A DNA stretch of 64,000 nucleotides from Gonapodya sp. JEL0774 (lineage: Eukaryota): the NCBI GenBank assembly GCA_027604505.1, contig JADIIX010000025.1:62001-126000 (forward strand), read 5' to 3'. The notes under the pieces are model-generated. The model ran no database searches and was not told the DNA's origin. It saw nothing but the letters and a program-made list of their open reading frames with translations. Of the stretch, positions 10,794 to 21,599 are shown piece after piece (positions within the stretch are counted from its first letter, which is position 1; each line of letters starts with the position of its first letter). The position numbers and the translations under genes were made by a program.

Positions 10794-12844
10794 TTACTCT
10801 TGCTTCAAAACACTTATACCGAACCCTTGCCGTCCACGACCAGCGAGCCTCTTCGGCTCCTCTATCCACGACGTGGTCCACTCGCACGGCTTCAGTGTTT
10901 CTGAGTGGGTCGGCTTGTCGTGAATATGGGGTTTGGCACGAGAGTATTGAAGCTTTTGCAAATTTGATCCCGTCATGATCGTGTTTCAGCGGAGCGCGCC
11001 GCCAATTCATTAGCAACTCACTGGCTCAAGGAGTCAAGCACGTGCCTCATTTTCGTCGGATATTGACTTTGATCGAATCTCCGATACTTTGAAGGTTGAT
11101 ATATGTGAACTCACCCATTGTACTTCGACTCCCAAATCTTCTCCCCACCTCAATACCATTCTTGCATCTCTCAAGAAACCCCTGGCCACGAAAACCGCGT
11201 CGCACATCTCTTCTTGTGAAAGCCGTTCAGCCTGGTTCCCGTCAGTGATCATCCCTACAGGCGCTGTCAGCAGACCAGGGACTTCCCGGCATACTGGAGC
11301 CGCAAACTCGGCATTATATCCTGGTGAATGGGACACGCGCTGCTTTGTAGAATTGCCCCCGGAAGAGCAGTCGAGAAGGTCCACACCGAGTTTGTGAAGC
11401 TGGTGGAACGTGGCAGTGATTGAACCGTGAGAATCGGAGTGAAGCCCTGTGCCGCACCTACCTCCCTGGCCACTCTCACCGTCTGTTCGACTTCCGATCC
11501 ATCCGGATCCGTACTTTCAAACTAGTCGGTGCAGGAGAGGCGCACAAAAAGCGGCTTGCCTTGGGGCCACACATCGCGGACCGCCTTCGTAATACGGTAA
11601 AGAAGACGCGCACGGTTATCGAGGGAGCCGCCCTACCACGAAAAATCCGATCAGTGCCAAGAATTTGGATTGTATAGAGACTTTCTGAGAAACGTACTAT
11701 TCATCCGTCCGTTTGTTGCTGTGGCCGGACAGAAAGTTGTGGATCAAGTATCCATCTGTTGTTGCGGTTAGAACTTCGATGCATACTGTCGCGCATCATG
11801 CACTGACGTGCGCCATGAGTCTCCAAAACATCGAAACCGGCCCTGTCTGCCCTTGTCGCTGCCTCTGTGAAGGCTTGGACGATGGTATCGAGGTCGTCTT
11901 TTGAGGCCTCTCGGGGCACGCCCGTTTTGTCCGAGTACGCGACAGCAGAAGGTCCTACAATGTCACCAGGCCTTTGCGGAGATATTGGCGCGTACAGACT
12001 AGGTCAGGGTTCAGGCGATTCCCTGAGGAAGTCTCAGAGTACAGTCCTCACCAACCCCCTTTTTCGGCACATGTTTCTGGCCCTTCACCATAGAACGGAC
12101 TCAAGCAGCTTGATTTTCTCCCTGCATGCGAGATCTGCGGTCCAACTGCGCATCCTTGAGACCTGACAAAGGAAGCTACTTGACGGAGAGCGGTGACGTG
12201 GGAAACCAACCATATGCCGGAGTCAGAAGGAGTGATCCGGCCTTCTGAAAACACAGCTGTGAATTAGATACCGATATCAGACTTTTGCGCTGTGCTGATA
12301 GAACTGCATTCACAGGGCTCGCCTCGCAAGTAACTTCGATCATCACAAGCCCCGCACCTCTTGCCGCGAATGACCCTGCGAAGTACAAAGCACGCAAGTT
12401 GAGCTCAAATACTGTTATTTGCTGTAGTCAATCCGCGCACCAGCGTTTTGTAGATGCCAAGAGTTCAAGAAGCCTGACGTCACCAGCATCAAATCACAAT
12501 CATGTCATTCAGTATCCCAAATTCAGCAGACGGAGACTGTGAGCAAACCCACCGTTCTCACTCGAGTACTGACACATCGGGCTCTGCACCAACAAGAAGT
12601 GTTTAGAGGAATGAAAGACATTTGCACGGCCACGATCAACAGGAAACTCACAACCCAGATCCTGTTCTTGAACACCACCCCTTTTATCGTCAGAGGCTCA
12701 AAACTCTTTTTTTTTCTCGCTCTCAGCAGCTGATCCAGATGATATGAATTTGAGAACCTGAAGCGTTGGGACTGGAGCCAGCAGGACTGCAGCCAACCCC
12801 GCCGAAGGAAACATGTTGGTGGGCGTGACGCCGGTCGCGTCCAT
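10794..12844 (-). CDS. NADH:flavin oxidoreductase / Old Yellow Enzyme, YqjM-like class
   Basis: Spliced motifs FEPLTIKGVVFKNRIWV|SPMCQYS, GSFAARGAGLVMIE, EGRITPSDSGIW, QISHAGRK, AGFDVLETHGAHGYL (HxxH), NKRTDEY, VDLLDCSSGG, PGYNAEFA, ARGFLRD and W-P-LQYSRA. The start codon is tentative. Confidence 0.9.
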
Positions 12845-13043
12845 ATTAAGAGAAGATGAGATACTGCGAGATAACATAGGCGAAAATGCGTTTTGAAATG
12901 AACTTTTTCCTCGGATTGGAAACGGCTATTAGTACCGTGCACCATCCACTTCCATACAACTCCGGATCTGATGACCACAACATAATAATTCACAATCCCA
13001 ACACAGCGCAGCCAACGTATGTAGCGTGGGCGCTCTTTACATC

Positions 13044-14445
13044 ATGGAAACTCTTCCGCTAGAAATCCTGCACCGTATTCTTCGGTTTCTTCCGCCGAAA
13101 ACTTTCTATTCGGTCATACCCCGACTCTCCCGAAGCTTGTACAGCGCTTCCCTGGACGCCATACCCGGATGCGCAGGAAACGATGTCGCAGTAGCGTGCT
13201 ATGTCATTGTGCACGTCGTCGGAACGGCGGACGAGGATTTTGCTGACCCGTATATGTTCAGGCCACCGGACCGGTTCATTGGCACACAACACGCATCAGG
13301 AGACTCCATATGGACTTGTCTTTCACTCTCAATTCGTATTAAATCGAAGTGGGAGAGTGGAGCGGACTTACTTTTCCGCATCAAAGCGCAAGCGTTGCGC
13401 GGTGTACTCCGTTGGAACCCCAAGTGCGCTTGTATCGAAGACCGCTTGCGACGATCGTTGTAGCGGAAGTCGCCCCAACGGACGTCGGAGACGAGATTAG
13501 ACCCCTTCAACCGCTGCTAGAGTTTACAAGGAAGAACAAGGTCCCCAATTTTAATCTCACCTACATGGCTGGAGGATGGACATTACTACAGAACTTTCAA
13601 AATAGCTTGGCGATGGATTCAGTGACACGAGTTACTGGTCCCTATACTGTGCAGGACGCTCAAGAGTGTACGAGGTTGATTCGAACCACCTTGGCGAGCT
13701 TTCCGTCCCTAACCGCTCTTTCTGGCCACTGTTATTTCCCGTTCGGGAGTCGCTTCTTCCAGGAAGCAATAATTGAGGGACGGTTAGCGATATCGGAGAC
13801 TCAGCGGGCTCGTATTTCTTCACTCATGCTCTACACCCTGCATCCCCCACCTCCGTTCCCACCTCCGCCCGAACACGATATTCAGTTACGAGAGTCCTTT
13901 TTCCAAGCCCCTCTTATGTTCCCAAGTCTGCGAGAGCTTGGAATCCTCCCTTTGGTGTTTGCCCAGGACGGCCCACCACGCTGTTGCCAGGGAGTGCGTC
14001 ATGTCAGCCTTTGGCCACTGTTCGAATATTCCACGTACAGATTCCCATCGCAAATGATTATGGCTCCTCGGACTCTGAAGTTGACGTCAGACTCATCGCA
14101 AAAGATCTCATGCGACTGCTTCCTTCACTGAGACGCCTTGTCGTCAATCTCACTTTCCACTACTACAATATAGTCAACCACCTGGGAAGACTGCGGAATT
14201 TGCTGGATTGCCTGCTTAAAGAGGCACCTGCTAGATGCGTTGTGCAATTGGCTGCCCCGCCTGATGTTGTCAGCGCTTTGAGGGTGGTACCGGCAATGGC
14301 CCCGCCACCAGGACGTAGATTTGGGGTGGATCCCAAAAAGTTGAGGGCAAAGTGTTGGGGGTGGGATGGAACTTCGGAAGTGACAAAGGTGGCTGTGGGA
14401 CCGAAGAGAATTAACACTGAACAGGTCATAACGGATCTGAATTGA
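13044..14445 (+). pseudogene. F-box protein with two apparent frameshifts (pseudogene, assembly error or unrecognised introns)
   Basis: METLPLEILHRILRFLPP...IPRLSRSL is an F-box motif. Coding-like sequence continues in two other frames (13349-14131, 13984-14445), and I found no frame-restoring canonical intron. Confidence 0.55.
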
Positions 14446-14924
14446 GGAGTAACGTCCGCATATATACAATTGCATAGAAACGTATTCAAACATCCAATGA
14501 CTATAGTGCGGCTATTTTGATACCCCATTTCCATTGTGACAAATGCGGGAAGGGGGGGGGAGGGAGGGGTGGCGTGACGCTTGATCCTTCCGTCATCATG
14601 AAGATTGACGGTGGACAACAATGCATGGTATATCTCTAGTGGCCTACAATGTGCTTGCTAAATCATGCAGATACTGCAAAATTGAATGAGCAAGAAATGG
14701 CGCTGTAATAGTCAGTATATGATTCAATTCGTCCGCCATCAAAAACCTTTTTGCCGAGCTCAAGCACTCTTTGGCGCTAAGGCAAGCGATATAATTATTT
14801 TGAATTTGAAAAGATCGAAGCGTCTGAGTGCGATCTCCTTGCAAGTTGTGGTGAGTCCTCAGCCGCAAAACAGGACATGGGCCTTGTCCTTTCCCCAAAC
14901 CCGCCAATTTTGGAAATCGCATGA

Positions 14925-16011
14925 ATGCCCCCTCCCCGTGGTCGAAACACCGTTTACGATGCGCAGTCATGGCCGTCTGCTGACTCCCGCGATTTAACTG
15001 CCAGCAACTGGAGCTACCGACTGGTGGATCGCCAGACAGGACGGGGATCGATTCCCCCGCCCCTCCGAGACCAGAAGAGAGATTACAGAGATCGAGCGAG
15101 AGATAGGGAGAGGGAAAAAGACGTGTATGGCGGGGGATTGTCTGGGATAGAAGAACTGGAAAGGGGTCGAGAACCAAAGGCGGGGTTATCGAAACTTACC
15201 ATTTTCGGGATTGTTGGTGAGTGATGCCAACGCTTTATGCGATCACTCAACTAAGGGCCTTGCCATCTCTAGTCTTCTCTATCGTGGGCGTTGTGGTCAT
15301 TATCGTTGGCTTCGTCGTCGTCCTCAAACCATCAGGAGACTCCTCTACGACAAATGTCGCTGCATTACAACTTGGCGCGCAATCGCAGTCATCGTCGTCC
15401 ACACGAACAACAACGACACCCCGAACAACGTTAGTGGCGTCGTCGTCGTCAACAATACCAGCCGGTACTCTGAAGTACCTCAACACAATTGCGTAAGTGG
15501 CGTACTCTGTCCATACGACTACTTGCCGTACGCACATCAAATATTGCAACTGCTTTTCAGCAACCCTGGTGCCTATTCATCTCCAACGTTTGCCGCTCCC
15601 ACCTCTGCCTCCGCGACCCGCACTGCAACCGTTTCTCGAACTGCTGCTACACTCTCCGCTAGTGGCACAGCCAACGGAGTCGAGGGTGACCTCACCGGGG
15701 TTGCTCTGCAACGTTGCCTTCAAAACCTTAGTTGGACACCCTATCCTTTCCAGGCTCCCTTTTCTAATGTCGTGGACGGCTCAGACGTCACGGATGTTGC
15801 ATACTGCAGAACCGACGCGGCGGGTCCGTGCGGACAAGGCATCTACAACGGGAGTGTCACAAACTGTTCACTCACATTTGAATCTATTTGTTACTACAAC
15901 AAGGCGATGGGACAGTTTGTTCAGTCAACTATTTACACCGGCGAAAATCCTCCCGCCAGGTACTTCAACTGCGGGCAGGAGGAGTGCGGGGCGACGGCAA
16001 ATTGCGAATGA
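14925..16011 (+). CDS. Type II single-pass membrane protein with Ser/Thr stalk and Cys-rich extracellular C-terminal domain
   Basis: The charged N-terminal exon ends at donor GTGAGT (~15218) and joins the TM IFGIV|VFSIVGVVVIIVGFVVVL. Intron 15493-15560 joins the S/T-rich stalk to a C-terminal domain with 8 Cys. Stop at 16011. Confidence 0.7.
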
Positions 16012-16751
16012 ATGAGATTATGAAGCAATGGAGGCACTAGTGTAGTATCTCCATATTCTTTATGTAATGTTGAATGATTGGCGTCACTTGGACAGCACCT
16101 TGCGCGGGCAGAACCGACCGACCGATCATCTGCCGGGGCGTAGCACATGGTCTACAGAGCGCAAACACATTGCAGATGTACAGTCGGGGGTCATCTGCTA
16201 TTGCGACATTTGGCTCTCTTAATCAAAGAGTGGATCGTATTCCTACACGCCTGAACATAGAAACTCCTTACGGTCGACGTAAACAATCCAGGGTAAGTCG
16301 CAAGTAATGTGATACAAAAGGTTTTGTAATGACGGACATACATTCAAGCAAATAGTCCAGCGTTCGGTGCTGGCAAACTATGTAATCTGCACCAACAGCA
16401 CAGCGTCCGATCTGCTCACCTCATCGCCGAGGCGTTTCACCTTCTCAGTAGCAGTAAGCTTACAGGAGGGCAGATATCGGCCATGCGGTGGAACATGTTA
16501 CCAAACAGCAACAACAGCGGATTAGTATCTCGTTCATAAAAAGTTTTGAGTGAAGGATTCAAAAGTGAATAAGTGTGAGGACCCAACTATCCTGGGAGAT
16601 CAGATTAGTCTAATGGTTTTAGGTGTGATTTCATTATAGTTGAATTGGTTCTGGAATGTTCCCATTAACGGTTTTCCTCTCCGAGTTATCGTCGCTTCTT
16701 TAGGTGCAAAGGGGCGATTATGGATGGTGCGGCTTTGACCTCAATCCTCTA

Positions 16752-19183
16752 TCAGGTTTGGACAGATCTATCGCTTTTTACTTGGCGAATCCGGATACTG
16801 AGACCGTCGGTATCGATCCTGGACTTTTCGTTGTGCGTCTCGACGGCGCTGTCCCTCTTGCTCTCAACATCTTGAGACGTGGTAGGAAGTGAAGGAAGCA
16901 AGGTGAGGTGTGTTTGGGTGTCGGACTCTCGATGATCTTCTTCTTCCAGGCTCACAATCCTCAAGTGGTCCGGGGCAGACTTGTTGCGCTCGGAAACCCG
17001 CACTTCGTTTGTAGTCACTTCTAGATGTGATGATACGTGGTTGTCTGCATCATGTACCAATACGGACGGCGGTACCTCAATAACGCCAGTGGCCAGACTG
17101 ATGGAGACATTGTCGTCTGTTGGTCCGCGCTCGAAAACATTTTTTTCGGATCCGGAACTTCTGGATATGCTTCTGGCGTCAAGTTGCACCTCAGTCAATC
17201 CCAACTCATGGGTCGTCGCGCGCGACAAAGTCGGTGGGTTCGATCCTTCTGAGCGTGTTCTGTCAAGCGATTCTCCGAGGATCGACTCGGAAGGATGTAG
17301 TTGTGGTCGCGTGAGTTCCACCGCCTTTCTTCCTCCGACGTGTCCAGGAAAAACTACATCCCCAATATCTGTGGATGATGGAGTGACTGGAAAACCTCCA
17401 CTCAGGGAAGAATCGCTTCGCAGATGCGAAGGTGATTGAGCGGAATCGTCTGCGCCTGGAGGAGCCACAGGGTGCCACCGACGCCTTCCCGTTCCTCTTG
17501 CTAAGCTACTGAAAGACAGTCTGGGTACATCGGTGGCGGTTCGGTCCCGACTCCCCCTCGAAGGCAAGGAGGTGGTCCATCGAGCGAAAATACCTGACGC
17601 CTCACCGTCAAACAGCGATGGAGTGGAAGGGCGGTCCCGGAGCGAAGGCGCAGATAAAGTTGCGGCACGGGCGGTTGTTGTGCTTCGGCGGGATGTTTTG
17701 AAGAGACTGGCGAAAGACTGGAATGATCCCGCAATTGTTTGATCGCTGGTTGCGCTACCCGCCCGACGGAAGAAAGGCCAGAAAGTAAGACGACTAACGG
17801 CTGGTGATGGATTGCTGGAACTCGACAGTGTTTCCTCGGTGTGCTCAGATGATCCGATATGAGCGACACCTTCGTCGTTCAGGGTGATAACGGGAATGGG
17901 CGACCGCAATTGGACAACTGGAGACTCGAGTGGTTCCGGGCCGCCAAATATTCCAGTGTTCCGCCGTGAGATCGCGGGTGACAGCTCCTGCTCTGAGACA
18001 CTCGCGTGCGATTCTGGAAGCCGGAACACCGGCCAGGAGCGGGGACGAAAGTCCGTTGGCTGCGAGAGAACTTTCTAAATGTACATTCATCGCAGCGCAA
18101 AACTAGCAATACACTACCTTATAATCCGAAAGACAGGCGAGGTGGAAATAGCCGTACTTGTTGGTGGCCAGGTTTCTGCCCTGGAAGGGGAAGATTGAAA
18201 ATTTCGATTTGCTCGGGCACAATGGAGGCAAAGTGCTGTGTTTCTGCATGAAAACTCACGAAAGCTCTCCCGTCAGGATATTTGCGAACACAAAACACTC
18301 TCTGTCCATACTTTAGTCTTAGAGCCTCCAAACGGTCCTCCCTGTACCACTGAGGATCCTTGGATACAATCATATCCTTGGCGACTATTGTTCCACCGTC
18401 TGTGGTGGGGACGGCCTCGTCGCGGGCGGTGGCAAGGGCAGCTTGAGTCACGAGGTGGTTCTCGAGCAGTTCGACAAAGTGCCGCTCTGGTAGTGCAGAA
18501 GCCAGCCTCAATACTTGGTCCGTGATTGGAGCGCCGTGCTCAATAAGTGCTCGCACGATGCCGATATTGGGGGTAATGCGGACGAGCCGAGAGCATTCAT
18601 CCAGTCCTGATGGGTTGTCCACAACCACAGTAGCGCCAGGGAGGTTCACTCGGATGAAACCACGGTCCGCCATGTTTTGCAGACTAGGCTCTCGCTTGAC
18701 CAAGCGAGAAAGAGTACCCGCAATTCCATCAGTGACGTCCGTTTGGTCTGTAACGTCACCCCCACGCCCAAGGGCAAGCGCTAAGGGGCACGAATACTCG
18801 TAGCGGATAGGCCACCTCTTCGTATCCCATTCATGTTGTGTCCATGGCTTGGTGCTCCTTTTCCAGCCGGGAATGCTCCATTCTTCTCTCCCAGTCACCA
18901 CGGCGCCATGTTGAAGCAAACACCGTACGGTGTCTTCCCTACCCGCAATGATGGCCGCCGCAAGCGCGCTTTCGCAATTTTTCTCGTCTGCAATAGCCTT
19001 CGTTCCATTTTTGGTTCCATCGCCGACGCGGCAGACAATTGTTGCTTGTTTCCACGCTTTCGCCGGTTGAGCGCCCGTTCGTATCAACACCCGCATTGAC
19101 GAAAGTGAGCCCGACTCGGCAGCCTGTACGAGGTCGCGGTCCAGAGCATGGGATGGAGGCGAGTGACTGTTGGCGGCGCCCAT
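16752..19183 (-). CDS. Ankyrin-like repeat protein with possible degenerate SH3-like segment and long Ser-rich tail
   Basis: LVQAAESGSLSSMRVLIRTGA, ESALAAAIIAGREDTVRCLLQHGA and IVRALIEHGAPIT are ankyrin-like. A phase-0 intron (~18154-18063) joins ORF 16752-18029 in frame. The start MGAANS is at 19183. Confidence 0.7.
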
Positions 19184-19228
19184 AGTCTGCTTGGGTGTTT
19201 CAAGTGTGCGCTTCGGCCCCAAGCAGCG

Positions 19229-19604
19229 GCCCAGCCAACTTTGCACCCCGCCCAACGTGTTCACGCTTGAAGATTTGCGGAGGGTTGCAAGGAGTAGTGA
19301 GCTGAGGGGTTTCGAGGTTCCAAGAGCAGTTTCGCTTGATCCGGACACGTTCTCACTTGAGAAGGATCTTCTCACCCCAACGGTGAGAGTTCGGGCTGAT
19401 TGTTGAGCATTGCAGCTGGCAGATCAAAACTAATGTAATGATTTTCTGCCTCCTCAGTTTAAGAACAAGAGACCTCAGCTCAAAAAGCATTATTACGGAA
19501 TAATACAGGGTGAGGGCTTCGGCATTCTCGACTGTTCGCCACGAGTGCAGCAAATCAAATATTGTTGTGTATCCCCAGAGCTTTATTCTGCCAATCGTGA
19601 CTGA
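19229..19604 (+). pseudogene. Orphan 3' fragment of a long-chain acyl-CoA synthetase gene
   Basis: The spliced reading LEDLRRVARSSELRGFEVPRAVSLDPDTFSLEKDLLTPT|FKNKRPQLKKHYYGIIQ|ELYSANRD* (introns 19383-19457 and 19510-19578) matches the ACSL/FAA C-terminal pattern. No upstream AMP-binding domain is present. Confidence 0.7.
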
Positions 19605-19714
19605 ATGGAGTACGTCTGCATTTTCTCACGATTCCATTTAACTCTGTTACCGCTTCGTTTTAGCATGCTGTAGCGGTATTGTTGTTGAACAAAAGATCAA
19701 TTCAATCAAATTGG

Positions 19715-21182
19715 CTACACTTTTGCCTTCTTTCCTGCCCCTCCGAACAAGCCCAAACCCTGCTTCATTTCCCTTTCTCTCCTCTTTTTTTCATCGTCCG
19801 CAAACGTCTCTCCTTTCTTCTTCAAAGCATCCACACGTGCACGCATTGCGAGGTACATACTCTCGGTAGCGACAAAGGCGCCGAAGGTGGAGTATGGGAG
19901 CAAGCTATCGCCACCAGTGAAAACGGATGCGAGATGGACCAGGATGTGGGCGGTAAGACCGAACTGGAGTGAGAACGAGTTAGGAAATGTTGGTGGTGTT
20001 GTAGATGATTCGAATAACTCAAGTGGAAGCTAGTGAAAGGAAAGTCTTACCGTGATATGACCAGTTGGTAAGTCAAACGCATGTCGGGCGGGCGAATTTT
20101 CCGTTTTCTCAGTTCGGTCTTCCGTGCGCGAGAGATTGTACTTGGTTGGACACCATCTCGAGAACTGGGATAAGTCAACAACATAAATAGATACTCACGC
20201 CGTTTGGCATCGAATAAGGTTGAAAGAGGAGCATAGAAAACTGTAGTGAGTAATATCGGAGGGTGCAGTCAGTGAGTGGTAGCAGTATTCAGGGTTGAAA
20301 GAGAGGTCACCCACTGTGGTCAACCTCCCGCTCGTTTATAGTCGGTACAAATTCCAGCTGTTTGTTTGGAGTTTTGGTTGGAGGGATGAACGCAACAATG
20401 GGAGTGACGAGAAGTGCCTGTAACAAGGAGGCTGGGTGAACCAGAGATCACACAAGCGGGGCCTCCCGGGTCTGTAGTTCACATTTCTGCTCATGAAGCC
20501 AGTAAGCCGAGTGACAAGTTCGATTTGGTCAGAACGGAGTCCAATCTCCTCATGGGCTTCTCTGTGACGTGTTGAAGACCGAAGATGAACCATTGCTCGA
20601 TCACAAGAAGAGCAATCGTATAGAAGCGCACCGAACTGCAGTAAATGTGGGATCTGGATCTTGCGCTTCCATTCTACCTCCTGGTAGTGCAACCTTGAAA
20701 TCGAATCCGTTGTTAGCCCAATTGAATGGTCTTGGCACTTCGGATCCGATGAGGGGGGACTCCGGTATTGAAACCTACTTCATCGGGGAAGCTTTTGATC
20801 CTCTTGGATCGCACGGTAAAGAGTATGTCGATTTCGCCAGCTGCAAGTTTGGCGGAAGTACAATCAAGACTCAGTCGGCTCGCAGGTCCCGGTTTCAGCG
20901 TTCTGTCCAGCGATTCGTGCAAGCACTACAAAAATCCGATTGAAGCTCACTTTGCTCATTCACACAGAGTGGTACTAGGACACTGGCTCTCGTGTTCTTG
21001 TCTTTCGCCCACGAATCCTGGTCAGTCTCTGGTTTATACTCAAGCAATCGCCTGATTCCGGTTCCCGCAAATTCAACCTTCCCAGACTGAAGAAGCCGCA
21101 ATGCCGGGGAAGATGAGGATTGCTGAGAAAATATTCGCGACGTGTAGGTGCCTCGGGGAGCGGTCGTTAGAGATATTGACAT
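19715..21182 (-). CDS. Nudix CoA diphosphatase (PCD1/NUDT7/NUDT8-like)
   Basis: RASVLVPL, ILFTVRSKRIKSFPDE|VALPGG (NuCoA-type motif), REAHEEIG (Nudix box), VTPIVAFI and FGLTAHIL; the protein ends GKKAKV*. Confidence 0.85.
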
Positions 21183-21599
21183 TGTGGTGGATAAATGAAC
21201 ATCACGGGTGTCATGGGTTGGTGCTGCTTGATCAAACATGAACATTTATAGAGTATCGCACGAGACTCATTGTAACAAGCACAGAGTTGCATAGCCGGAT
21301 ACCTAATACATCGACGGTGGCTATTGAATAAAGATTTTCAAGATTCTCGTTTGAGATTGGAAGGTTCCGAAGCTGCGGCACTTTTATCCGGCAAGTTAAT
21401 GTAAAAGCACTCATCCTTTGGGCACCGAACAATCACATAAGTCTCATTTACAAATCAAATTATTTCCTGGTGGTATGAGAATTTGGTTAATAATTCGAGC
21501 TCCTCCAGAGGTGCCATGCTCTGTGCTGTAACGGGGGGCGGCAAGAGGTATCGTGTCATGTGACATGCCCAGACGCCATCTTCGCTACCAGACCAAAGT

